IMG/VR virus record: IMGVR_UViG_3300030329_003470
Coordinates: 132,582-196,581 of that record
Source: a virus
Reading direction: 5' to 3' (one strand)
Length of the DNA: 64,000 bases
Part shown: one piece after another, positions 17,190-26,254 of the stretch
Layout of the letters: each line of letters starts with the position of its first letter
Numbering within the stretch: the first letter of the stretch is position 1
Made by a program: the position numbers and the translations under genes
The notes under the pieces: generated by a model
What the model saw: only the letters and a program-made list of their open reading frames with translations
Database searches by the model: none
What the model was told of the DNA's origin: nothing

Positions 17190-18635
17190 CTATTCAAATA
17201 ATGAACTAAAGTTATTTTTACCTTTACCACCACCAGTTGCTCTTTGCCATCTAGTTCCTCTTATATCTGCAAGATAACTTGAAGCATTAGATATTACTTC
17301 CATTGGTTTTTCTGAGGTGAATACTTCTTCTGCAAGTGTATTAAAGTATAAAATATTTCTAGGAACATATTCACTAAATTCATCAGTGTTATCAGAACCT
17401 TTTGTTTTTCTCCAATGTCCAACTTGTGGTTGATATTTCAAACGTTCTATATCGTTTAAATCGTTTGCTGTTTGTACTGCTCTAATTTGATTGTATACGT
17501 TGTGTGCCATCATTAAACAATAACTAAAACTATCCCAACTTGTTTTGCCTTCTTTGTTATTCTTATTTAGGTCGCCTTCACCATACCAACACACGTCTCC
17601 CATTTTTAATCTATTACCAATTTGACTTGGAAACGGAAATTGTATATTAGAACCTTTTAATTTCTTATCATCTGGTGCTTTGTCCATAATAAATGAAAAT
17701 CTTTGTGGTGTGAATACGTTTTGTGTATAAACTAAACCATTTGCAGTTGATAAAAATGCTGATGCACTATCAAAACTTACTGTAAAGTTTGGATTAATAT
17801 GTTTTCTTACTTGTCTTTGTACCTGTGTTAAGTAGCAGGCCCAATCTAATTGTGATGTTCCTAGTATGTGCATCCAATCTTTGCCATCTAATTTCTTTTC
17901 ATCTCTCATTATGATTAGTCTTTTAAGTAGTACTTCCATATCACACATATTAATACCACCCATTCCCCAACCTTCAAATTCAAAGTCTTTTACTTGATCA
18001 TACCATATTTGTGCAGTTTCCCAATCATCACCTTGTAATACATTTAAAAACTTTGTTTGCCCTAATCTATTTTTTTGAAAGAAATTATTATTGTATATTG
18101 TTCCATCTAAACAATCTTGAAAACTATTCAATCCTGTTTTAGGACTATTCAAATCATCTGCCGCCCAACTTGGAACGTCTAATGTCATTGCCCAGTCACT
18201 TGTTAATTCTAACCAATTTAAAATATTGCTTCTTACTGCGTTTGCTTTATTACCCTCAAAATCTTTCCAATCAAATTTAATAACACCTTTGCCTAATTGA
18301 TATCCTCCAGAATCTCCTACTATTGTGCTAAACTTTCTATCTCTATCAACACACATAGAATCTCTGTCTGCAACTTTATCCATATCTAAACAGGCGTGTC
18401 CTGCTGAATATAATGCAGTTGGATATGTAAAGTAACCTTCGTCTGGATTAATAAAGTTTAAACCTTCAACTCCTCTATCTAAACCTTTTGGAATTCTTTC
18501 TGCTGGAATATGAGTACCTTTAGTAACTCTTTGTTTGGAAATAAATGTATTAAAGAAATTAGAAATAGCAGGCAAGAACACTGCAAAATCTCTGCTTAAT
18601 TCTCCTAAATGTTCTCGCCCTTTAATTTCTGTCAT
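17190..18635 (-). CDS. TGT-fold guanine transglycosylase (DpdA-like)
   Basis: GDSGGYQ, MTLDVP, HILG, SFDSAS, AHNVY motifs; no CxCxxC zinc cluster. Confidence 0.8.
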   Translation of the reverse strand: MTEIKGREHLGELSRDFAVFLPAISNFFNTFISKQRVTKGTHIPAERIPKGLDRGVEGLNFINPDEGYFTYPTALYSAGHACLDMDKVADRDSMCVDRDRKFSTIVGDSGGYQLGKGVIKFDWKDFEGNKANAVRSNILNWLELTSDWAMTLDVPSWAADDLNSPKTGLNSFQDCLDGTIYNNNFFQKNRLGQTKFLNVLQGDDWETAQIWYDQVKDFEFEGWGMGGINMCDMEVLLKRLIIMRDEKKLDGKDWMHILGTSQLDWACYLTQVQRQVRKHINPNFTVSFDSASAFLSTANGLVYTQNVFTPQRFSFIMDKAPDDKKLKGSNIQFPFPSQIGNRLKMGDVCWYGEGDLNKNNKEGKTSWDSFSYCLMMAHNVYNQIRAVQTANDLNDIERLKYQPQVGHWRKTKGSDNTDEFSEYVPRNILYFNTLAEEVFTSEKPMEVISNASSYLADIRGTRWQRATGGGKGKNNFSSLFE

Positions 18636-19372
18636 TACTGCGCCTGAGCCGGGATAATATATTGATACTTGCCTAATCCTGAATCAACTGAAACCATCAT
18701 TGCACCTTCATTTGAAAAATGCAACATTACTTTAGCAGAATCAGATAGTTTTAATATTTGCAATACCTGTGCAACAGGCCAACTCCATCCTTTGTTTAGA
18801 GTTCCTTTCACATCATTTGCAAAAACAAATTCACCACCGTGTGATGCTTGATCACCAAAAGTGAATATCAGGTTACCATTCTCTGTTCTAACAACAAAAG
18901 AATTGTGTTCTGTATTTGCTACTGATTGAAAATTAAATCTTTGTACACTTGCCACGGTTGGTTCAATTTCAACGTCCCACTTAACTCCCTTAAACTTAAC
19001 TGTTTTAAGTTTTTCGTTGATAATTTCAGCATTCATAAATCTGTAATCGTTCTTAAAGTCACCTTTTTCGTTTTCAAAGTGTATGCCTGTTGGAACTTCA
19101 GCACCATTTCTAGTACCTTTCAACACAGTTATTTTTGCTTTTTCTTTATACTCTGGACATTTCAAATGGATATCTAGTTTGCCTAACTGTGGCATACCAA
19201 AAGTACCGTCCATTTCTGATTGTGGTTTGTGAAAAGATCCTTGCAAGATAACTGATCTGTCTTCTGCCATGGAATCAATTGTGGTTTCATTACTGGCACC
19301 AGTAATTTTAACAAGATCTAAAAACCCCAATCCATGCGTGTGTTTAACAATGTCTCTTAAGATATCTATCAT
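18635..19372 (-). CDS. Putative sliding clamp (gp45/PCNA-like)
   Basis: 245 aa beta-rich, ends G...Y.IPA; lies next to PolB; inferred from size and synteny. Confidence 0.55.
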   Translation of the reverse strand: MIDILRDIVKHTHGLGFLDLVKITGASNETTIDSMAEDRSVILQGSFHKPQSEMDGTFGMPQLGKLDIHLKCPEYKEKAKITVLKGTRNGAEVPTGIHFENEKGDFKNDYRFMNAEIINEKLKTVKFKGVKWDVEIEPTVASVQRFNFQSVANTEHNSFVVRTENGNLIFTFGDQASHGGEFVFANDVKGTLNKGWSWPVAQVLQILKLSDSAKVMLHFSNEGAMMVSVDSGLGKYQYIIPAQAQ

Positions 19373-19399
19373 ACGTTTATTTTACTGTATATTTAGATT

Positions 19400-20200
19400 T
19401 TAATCAAGTGTTATTTCATCTATTCTATACAGCACAGGATTTTGTTTACCAGGCTTACGGAATATAGCATAATTGGCTCCTGGTCGGAACTGACCCATCT
19501 CTATCACATCGTATCCTTCTTCTTTAATCATTCTTTCCATTGCAGTTTTGGTATTATAATTCCAATAACCACGTTTTGCTTGAGTCAAATCATACTCATA
19601 GTGGCAATCTGCATACTGTATAAACACATAACCACCTGGTATTAGTGTTCTTTTTATGTCGTGTAGGTAATGTTGTATATGGTTTTGTGTAAAGAATACA
19701 AAAGTGTCCCAACTAAACACAAAGTTGCATGAATTTTGTGGAATATTATGACACTCGTGTTTTCTTGTTAGAAAGAATGTACAATATTTTCTATGTCTAG
19801 GATTTCTAAATCGTCTAAATATTTTTTCTTCAAGTTCGGGTAGTATATCTATAAAATAGTTTCTACCCCATGCTCTAAATTCTTTAGAAAATGTGCCATA
19901 CCCCGGACCTATTTCTAAACTATTGTAAACATTAGATCTAGCAAATTGAAATATCTTTGTTTGTACCATTTTAAATAGCCAATTATCTACAACAGGCTTT
20001 TCTTGTTTCTTTTCTAAATCCACTTTAAACCATTCAACGGTTTTATCTAACCTATCAATCTCTTCTTCGTTATTTGCATCAACAGTATTTTCTATATCTT
20101 TTAATATTTTTAAATTTGAATCTATTAATTCTTGTAAATCTTCTTTTTTAACTTTTTCTAGTTTTTCAATTAATAGTTTTATTTCTTCGATGCTTAACAT
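19400..20200 (-). CDS. Class I SAM-dependent methyltransferase
   Basis: LEIGPGYG motif I, FVFSWDTF, LIPGGYVFI. Confidence 0.8.
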   Translation of the reverse strand: MLSIEEIKLLIEKLEKVKKEDLQELIDSNLKILKDIENTVDANNEEEIDRLDKTVEWFKVDLEKKQEKPVVDNWLFKMVQTKIFQFARSNVYNSLEIGPGYGTFSKEFRAWGRNYFIDILPELEEKIFRRFRNPRHRKYCTFFLTRKHECHNIPQNSCNFVFSWDTFVFFTQNHIQHYLHDIKRTLIPGGYVFIQYADCHYEYDLTQAKRGYWNYNTKTAMERMIKEEGYDVIEMGQFRPGANYAIFRKPGKQNPVLYRIDEITLD

Positions 20201-20208
20201 AACAGTAT

Positions 20209-22872
20209 TTAAAATTCAAACAGTTTATTAAATGTATTGCTGGTCTCAGTTGATTGAATATCCCATTCTAATACACCAATTAAATTTTCTATTTTTTGAT
20301 CCAATATAGTTTGTTCCATAGCATCTGAATCAAATGGAAGATCTTTAAACCAATCTGGAATACGCAATTCATCTGTAGGATATGCAATACTTGTATAGTT
20401 TAATGGATTGTTTTTAAGTTTACACACAATTACTTTTGCACCATCTGTAATTGGCAATGAATATTTGTCACCATACATAGTTTTACAGTTATTCCAATTA
20501 ATACTTGCTCTAACGTGTCCAGGCATATTTGCTTTGCCTTGTTTCTTTTCTTTCTCCCAATATTCCGTAACATTGTTTGCTCTTTTTGGAGATCCTTTTT
20601 CCCAACCCGGTCTTGCTTTAAATTCTGCTCTAAAATCTGTAATTGCTTGTAACACTTCTTTTTCTGTTTTACCTGTTAGCACCATATACAATATATCACT
20701 TAAAAAGTCTTGTACAAAAACTGGAGTATCAGATCTTTTTAAATCTAACCCCATGGCTTTCATTTTACCTTCTTTGCCTGCAATATCTGTACGAGTTCCT
20801 TCGACATCATAATACAATACTGCATATCTTTTCTTTGTAATAAACAAACCTTTTGATGCAACAAGTTCTCTACCTGCTTTAATAACAGAACCTCTTGTAC
20901 TTGGACAATGAAATGCTTTAGTCATGAATCCAGTAAAAGATGTATTAACTTCTTCTGCAATTTTATCATATAATGCAATAACACTTTCTTTATTCCACGG
21001 AATTTGCCCACTTTCTATTTCTTTTGCAAGTGTTTTATGTGCTGTAAAATAAACGGAATCTGTATCTCCATAAACAACTGATTCTCCTCGGTGATCATAT
21101 TTGCCTGCAATAACTTCATTTATTTTGGCTCCCATATGTTTTGTAATACATCTACCTGTTAATGTAACAGATTGTCCTATTCTAATATCAAAAAATCTAC
21201 AACCTGGATTTAAAATTGCACCATATAAACTGTTCAAGTTAATTTTTTTAACAAGTTGTCTTTTATCCCAATATTCTTTTTCAATTTCATTATCGCCAGC
21301 ATCATGCATTTTACGTTGCATTTCTTTTCTTTCTGCATACCAACGTTTTAATAAGCCTGGAATAATTGCTTCAAACTCATATGTGAATATAGTACCATTT
21401 GCACTTAACATCCATTTATTTTTACCATCAAATATTACATCATAAAGTTGTGCCGCTGACATTCTAACACTTGTTCCGTCTGCCCAATCAACAACAACTT
21501 CTGTTGCTTTATCTTCTTTCATAACTGCTTGATATTCCCAACTACCAAATTGATTATCCCAAGCCGCCGCAAATGATTTTTTCTGCGACCTTGCTCTGTT
21601 TACTTCTGCAGATGTTATAATTGGCCTTATTTGTCCTACAATAGTTTCTGGCCCCATATTCAATGCTCTAATTACACTTGGATACAGTGAGTTGATATCA
21701 ACAGATCCTATCCAGTCATGTATACCTTTTTGCGGAGTTGCCACATAAGCACCTGCCGCCGTGACTGGTTCAGCATCTTTTTCTCTGTATTTCCTACCAG
21801 GCACAATCATACCTCTTCTATGTGCTTCGTTAACGATTGCTTGTTCTGTTACTGCAACTGCACCCATTGTCGTTTGTAGCAACACAGTGTTTTGGTGTGC
21901 AATCTCATTGGCAAGTTCTATAAATTTTAATTTCTTTTCTAGTTTAGCGAGTAGATTTGTATCTTGTCTGTTGTATTCTACAAACAAACCAAAGTCATTT
22001 TTATAAAGTGCATCAAGTGAGCCTTCGTATACAGTTTTCTTTTCTCCTAGTTCATGTTCACCAATTGCATCTAGTCTAAAACTATGACGTTCTTCATATG
22101 TGTACTTTCTATATAATTCTAATAAGTCTAAGTGTACTCTACCAATTAAATCATAACTTAAATGTTCTTTTCCATATTTTTCAAATACTCTCTTTTTAGG
22201 TTTTTCTCCCCAAAAACACAAACGTCTTGTATCATCTGAACTCATTGTTTTTTGTATTCTTCCTACTGTGTATGGAATATCATATCCTTCTGAGTTCCAA
22301 CCTGAGATAATATCTGCATCTTCAACTACTTGTAAAAATGCATCAAGCATATCTTTTTCTTTTTCAAATAACAATGTGTTTGGAAAACGTTCTGTTAAAA
22401 CTTTTGCATCTTGCATACTTAAAGTTTTTGGAGGAACTGCAAATGTAATTAATTGATCCGTCCAACCCATATAACAACTTATGGCAGTTATGGGCATGAA
22501 CGGATCATCTGTTGTGGCATAACCCTTTTCAGGATCAAAATCCACTTCAATATCAAAAAACAGTACGTTTAACTTGGGAGTTTCTTTACCTAAATAATTC
22601 TCCTCAAGGCATCTAAACACTGGATTGATATCTTGTTCATAAAGAGTTTTGTTGGACCTTATCCTCTGCTCTTTTATGAATTCTTTTGATGTAGCACACG
22701 TAACTTTTTGTAGTGTTTCACCTGTAATGCTTCTGTGTTTGCCTCTTGAATCTGGATAATAGAATACATACCTTGCATCATATTCTACAAACACACGACC
22801 TTTTTTAGGATCACGTTCTACTACATAAATTTTGTCTTCGTCTTTTTTATATAAGGCGTCTATATAACTCAT
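20209..22872 (-). CDS. Family B DNA polymerase with 3'-5' exonuclease
   Basis: FDIEVD, NSEGYDIPY, YNRQD; DINSLYPS, KINLNSLYG, YGDTDS. Confidence 0.97.
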   Translation of the reverse strand: MSYIDALYKKDEDKIYVVERDPKKGRVFVEYDARYVFYYPDSRGKHRSITGETLQKVTCATSKEFIKEQRIRSNKTLYEQDINPVFRCLEENYLGKETPKLNVLFFDIEVDFDPEKGYATTDDPFMPITAISCYMGWTDQLITFAVPPKTLSMQDAKVLTERFPNTLLFEKEKDMLDAFLQVVEDADIISGWNSEGYDIPYTVGRIQKTMSSDDTRRLCFWGEKPKKRVFEKYGKEHLSYDLIGRVHLDLLELYRKYTYEERHSFRLDAIGEHELGEKKTVYEGSLDALYKNDFGLFVEYNRQDTNLLAKLEKKLKFIELANEIAHQNTVLLQTTMGAVAVTEQAIVNEAHRRGMIVPGRKYREKDAEPVTAAGAYVATPQKGIHDWIGSVDINSLYPSVIRALNMGPETIVGQIRPIITSAEVNRARSQKKSFAAAWDNQFGSWEYQAVMKEDKATEVVVDWADGTSVRMSAAQLYDVIFDGKNKWMLSANGTIFTYEFEAIIPGLLKRWYAERKEMQRKMHDAGDNEIEKEYWDKRQLVKKINLNSLYGAILNPGCRFFDIRIGQSVTLTGRCITKHMGAKINEVIAGKYDHRGESVVYGDTDSVYFTAHKTLAKEIESGQIPWNKESVIALYDKIAEEVNTSFTGFMTKAFHCPSTRGSVIKAGRELVASKGLFITKKRYAVLYYDVEGTRTDIAGKEGKMKAMGLDLKRSDTPVFVQDFLSDILYMVLTGKTEKEVLQAITDFRAEFKARPGWEKGSPKRANNVTEYWEKEKKQGKANMPGHVRASINWNNCKTMYGDKYSLPITDGAKVIVCKLKNNPLNYTSIAYPTDELRIPDWFKDLPFDSDAMEQTILDQKIENLIGVLEWDIQSTETSNTFNKLFEF

Positions 22873-23147
22873 AAAAATACTCTAAAATTTCCTATTATAT
22901 TCATTATAGTAAACCATGATGCCAAAACGCAAGTCCAAATTATCCTTCTACGCCATGATGCATATGCAAGTGTACTTGAACCTAAAAGATACAATGGAAA
23001 AATCCAACGCATATCTGGTCCCGGGGAAGTAAAAGTTAATAGATAAGATCCTGCTACTGTTACTACTACTGAAAATACTTCAAGATAAAAAGCAAGTCTG
23101 TCTGTTTTGTAACTTGTTACCCAAAATTCTTTGAGTATTCGATACAT
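22869..23147 (-). CDS. Small membrane protein
   Basis: Three hydrophobic segments; ATGA overlap with polB. Confidence 0.65.
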   Translation of the reverse strand: MYRILKEFWVTSYKTDRLAFYLEVFSVVVTVAGSYLLTFTSPGPDMRWIFPLYLLGSSTLAYASWRRRIIWTCVLASWFTIMNIIGNFRVFL

Positions 23148-23404
23148 TAAAGTTTACCAGCGGAGTTTAGTATACTTTCTAATGTGTCCATTTCATCGGC
23201 AATGTTTTGGTAGTTGCCTCTGTGTGCTACGGATATTGCTTTGTTGATTAGTGCAGGTTTTAATTCTAATTCTTCTGCGATTGCTTTCACAGTATCTTTT
23301 AGTCCTGCTCTTAAATCCTCAACTTCACTTAATACTTGTGAACCTTGTGAAATTATTTGGATTAATTTTTGTTTTTCTGCTTCGTTAAAGTTTCTTACTG
23401 CCAT
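23147..23404 (-). CDS. Small dsDNA-binding protein (T4 DsbA/GapR-like)
   Basis: Helical LKDTVKAIAEELELKPALINKAI pattern; AGGAG SD. Confidence 0.5.
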   Translation of the reverse strand: MAVRNFNEAEKQKLIQIISQGSQVLSEVEDLRAGLKDTVKAIAEELELKPALINKAISVAHRGNYQNIADEMDTLESILNSAGKL

Positions 23405-23427
23405 TTGTTTCTCCTGTTGTTACATAC

Positions 23428-23456
23428 AGTATATAACATCTTTAGTGATAGAGCAA
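23428..23456 (-). promoter_or_regulatory. sigma70-type promoter heading the DsbA-like/polB run
   Basis: TTGCTC-N17-TATACT. Confidence 0.6.
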
Positions 23457-23465
23457 ATGGTTTTT

Positions 23466-23702
23466 TTAGATCAACCCTGCTAATTTTTGGATACGTTTTA
23501 TTTCAACGTCGTCTGACTCTTCAACTTGATTTGCCTTCATTATTTGGTTAGGACCATCGGCAAATGCTTCTATTTTTGCAAGTCCTCTACTACCAGCACT
23601 GCTAGGCGATTTAATTTGTTCACCTGCGGTAATATGTCCTCTTTGACGCATTTTGGTAACGTCATCTAAGTATTGGTGGTAGTTGTAAGGAATACTGCTC
23701 AT
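23466..23702 (-). CDS. Small putative head-associated protein ending in KRIQKLAGLI
   Basis: ORF track; TAAATA-N6-ATG. Confidence 0.65.
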   Translation of the reverse strand: MSSIPYNYHQYLDDVTKMRQRGHITAGEQIKSPSSAGSRGLAKIEAFADGPNQIMKANQVEESDDVEIKRIQKLAGLI

Positions 23703-23711
23703 ATGCAGTAT

Positions 23712-24563
23712 TTATTTTTTTTCTGCTGGGTCTAAATCGTTTGTAAACTTATCTTCTGCAGGTTCTACTGGTAGTTCTATTTCTTCGCCGCCTTCGTCAA
23801 ACTCTTTGTCTAACATAGGCACTTCGCCTGTTTTATCATCTTCTTCGTCTTCTTCGTCGTCTTTTGATTCTGCATCTTGTTTTACTAGATCATTCAATGA
23901 CGGTTCAGGCCTGTCTTTTTCTTGTACTACTTCTTCAGGTGCTTCTGCCTTTTCTGCGTCTGCAATTATTTCTGTAGTTTCTGGAGTTTTAACAAGAATG
24001 CTTTTTTGTTCTTCATTGTAAACTGCTTCATTGTCTGAGAAAGTGTTGTATAATTCAACAAGTTGAGACTCTTCTGCGTTTTTAATATATTCTGCGATAT
24101 CTTTTGCAATAACTTCTCTAAATGATTTTGAGTCATAAGTTTGTTCTTCTTTTTGTTCTGCTTTTAATTCTGCTAATTGTGTTTCTAGTTCAGCAATTTT
24201 ATCTAATCTTTTGCTTTCTTCGTTTACTGCTTTTTTAATATTAGTTGCTATTGAATCATCTGCATCTGATTCTTTAATTGCTTTTGTAATGTCTGATTCT
24301 TTTTTAGGTTCTTCTTCTTTTGTGATAGACTCAACTAATTTTTCTGCTTTTTCTGAAACTTTTGGTGCTTCTGTGTATTCTTTAATACCTGCTAATCTGG
24401 CAATGTCTGCTAATGAAATATCTTTGTCATCAAGGATTTTTGGCTCTTGTTTAGCGGCTTCCATTAGTGATGCTCTTTCTTCTTCAGGAGTTATATTACT
24501 CATTGCGTTCAAACGAGCAACTAGATCCGCGAAACTATTGTCTGTTGATTTATTACGTGCCAT
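23712..24563 (-). CDS. Acidic scaffold/core-like protein
   Basis: Very E/D/K-rich, helical, repeated (L/I/V)xE sites; perfect TATAAATA upstream. Confidence 0.55.
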   Translation of the reverse strand: MARNKSTDNSFADLVARLNAMSNITPEEERASLMEAAKQEPKILDDKDISLADIARLAGIKEYTEAPKVSEKAEKLVESITKEEEPKKESDITKAIKESDADDSIATNIKKAVNEESKRLDKIAELETQLAELKAEQKEEQTYDSKSFREVIAKDIAEYIKNAEESQLVELYNTFSDNEAVYNEEQKSILVKTPETTEIIADAEKAEAPEEVVQEKDRPEPSLNDLVKQDAESKDDEEDEEDDKTGEVPMLDKEFDEGGEEIELPVEPAEDKFTNDLDPAEKK

Positions 24564-24568
24564 ATGAG

Positions 24569-24576
24569 TATTTATA
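24569..24576 (-). promoter_or_regulatory. T4-type late promoter TATAAATA, 5 nt from ATG
   Basis: Exact match to T4 gp55 consensus. Confidence 0.75.
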
Positions 24577-24588
24577 ATTGTTACAAAT

Positions 24589-26253
24589 TTATTTAAGGCG
24601 TTGATTTAGTAGTATAGCAAGTTTTGACTCGTATGCCAAGCCTTCAGTTGGCATAAACTTACTATATTTGTCCTGTAGATACTTGACTTGGTTTAGATCC
24701 TTACCAATATCTAGTCGTAGTTTAGCATCTTTTAAATCTTTTTCAATCATTTTAGCAAGTTCATCGTTACCTGCATCTTGTGCCATTTCTAATGCAGTAT
24801 TCATTGCCTGGATTGCTGGAACCTGATTATTAATTGCATCTTGTATTGATCCAACACCTGCCAATCCTGCCACAAATACTCCTGCCATGGCCAAACTTTT
24901 TGCCCAGTCTTTCAAACCTTCTTCTAGTTCTGCTTCATTTTTGGGTTTACCATGCTTGTTGTGTTGTGCCCAAGCAATGGCATATGGTGCTGATTTATCT
25001 TTGAACTTTTTTTTTAATGCTTTTACTTGATCTTCTCTGCCTGGAGGTGCTTTTTCGTCTACTTCTTTTCTATTTTCTTTTGCCAGTTCTTTTTCAACTT
25101 CATTTACTCTTTTAGATAATATTCTCATCATGCCAGGTTTTGTATCAATGTCATCTAATTTTGTTTCTTTGGCTAGTATTTCGTCAATGTGTTTTTGCAC
25201 TATGCCTGCGTGTTTCTGTATGACGCCTGAGTCCAGTTCTTCCCTGTAGGGATTCAATTTTTGGTATTCTTCGTAGTTGTATGCACCTTGTAAATAATCT
25301 GCCGCTTTGTTTAATTTGCTTTGCACCCAACCTTCTAGGTCATCACCTGGTTTAATCATAGATGCTAATTCAATTGCATACTTGGCAGTGTGATACAATG
25401 TGCTTTTGCTCATGTGTCCCTCGCCTGCGTCTTCCGAAACTGATTCATCCATATTTTGTAGGTATTCAGAAGCCATTTCTAACTTACCATCGTCATTAAA
25501 ATCTGAACCCATAACTTTATCCAAGTCGCTCTTCATAGCAGTTGTTATTGGAAGATGTTCTTTGTTGTTAATTTTGTCATAAAAGTCATCGTCTGCCTGT
25601 TCGGCATCGTACATAGTGTCATATCCGTATTTTTTAAGTGCCGCTTCTAATTCTTTTTCTTCGATACCGTCTGTTCCAACACCAGTGCTTAATCTGTACT
25701 TCATATATCCTAGCACTAATGGGTCCATGTTGTTTCCAAAGTAACCATCATATTTTTTGTGTATCATTTGCAAGCCTTTTTTCTGTTCATCTGTCAGAGA
25801 GCCTGCGTCTTCGTCAAACTTGCCAATCTCTTCTTGGTCTCTGCCTGTCTGGTCTAGGAATTTCAAATCCTTTGCCGTTACATCGTTTTCACCTTTATCT
25901 TCACCGTATGAGATTGTGTAGATGCCTTCGTCGTCATCTGTGTAGTCCACAATCCTCACGATCCTACCTGATTTTATTTCTCTTGCATAGTCACCAATCT
26001 GTTCTCTTGATTCTGTCAAGCCACCGTCATCATATAGGCCTGAATCTTGACCTTGCATATAGCCGTGTACTTTTTTAACATAGTCACCTGCTAGATCAAT
26101 TTTCTTTTGAACCCATGCTTCCATTTCTGCACGGTCATCAATTAGTTTGTGCAGTTTGATTGCGTGTTTGCCAATTTTCATTATTTGGTTCAACGCCATA
26201 CTTGCTTCGTATGTGTCGGGTTTTACTGGCTCATGAAACTCTTTAATTTTCAT
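24589..26253 (-). CDS. Modular putative internal head protein (MKIKEFHE...)
   Basis: Start refined to ATG 26253; internally duplicated ~55-aa module; xxE junctions. Confidence 0.6.
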   Translation of the reverse strand: MKIKEFHEPVKPDTYEASMALNQIMKIGKHAIKLHKLIDDRAEMEAWVQKKIDLAGDYVKKVHGYMQGQDSGLYDDGGLTESREQIGDYAREIKSGRIVRIVDYTDDDEGIYTISYGEDKGENDVTAKDLKFLDQTGRDQEEIGKFDEDAGSLTDEQKKGLQMIHKKYDGYFGNNMDPLVLGYMKYRLSTGVGTDGIEEKELEAALKKYGYDTMYDAEQADDDFYDKINNKEHLPITTAMKSDLDKVMGSDFNDDGKLEMASEYLQNMDESVSEDAGEGHMSKSTLYHTAKYAIELASMIKPGDDLEGWVQSKLNKAADYLQGAYNYEEYQKLNPYREELDSGVIQKHAGIVQKHIDEILAKETKLDDIDTKPGMMRILSKRVNEVEKELAKENRKEVDEKAPPGREDQVKALKKKFKDKSAPYAIAWAQHNKHGKPKNEAELEEGLKDWAKSLAMAGVFVAGLAGVGSIQDAINNQVPAIQAMNTALEMAQDAGNDELAKMIEKDLKDAKLRLDIGKDLNQVKYLQDKYSKFMPTEGLAYESKLAILLNQRLK

Positions 26254-26254
26254 A

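Noticed and set aside
17190-18635. Ordinary host tRNA-guanine transglycosylase (tgt)
   Set aside because: Lacks the CxCxxC zinc site, is longer and divergent, and sits in a phage replisome context; tRNA activity is not excluded, but the gene symbol is withheld
20209-22872. Intein or intron in PolB (also checked ClpA and clamp loader)
   Set aside because: Lengths and motif spacing are normal; no splice-junction or homing endonuclease motifs
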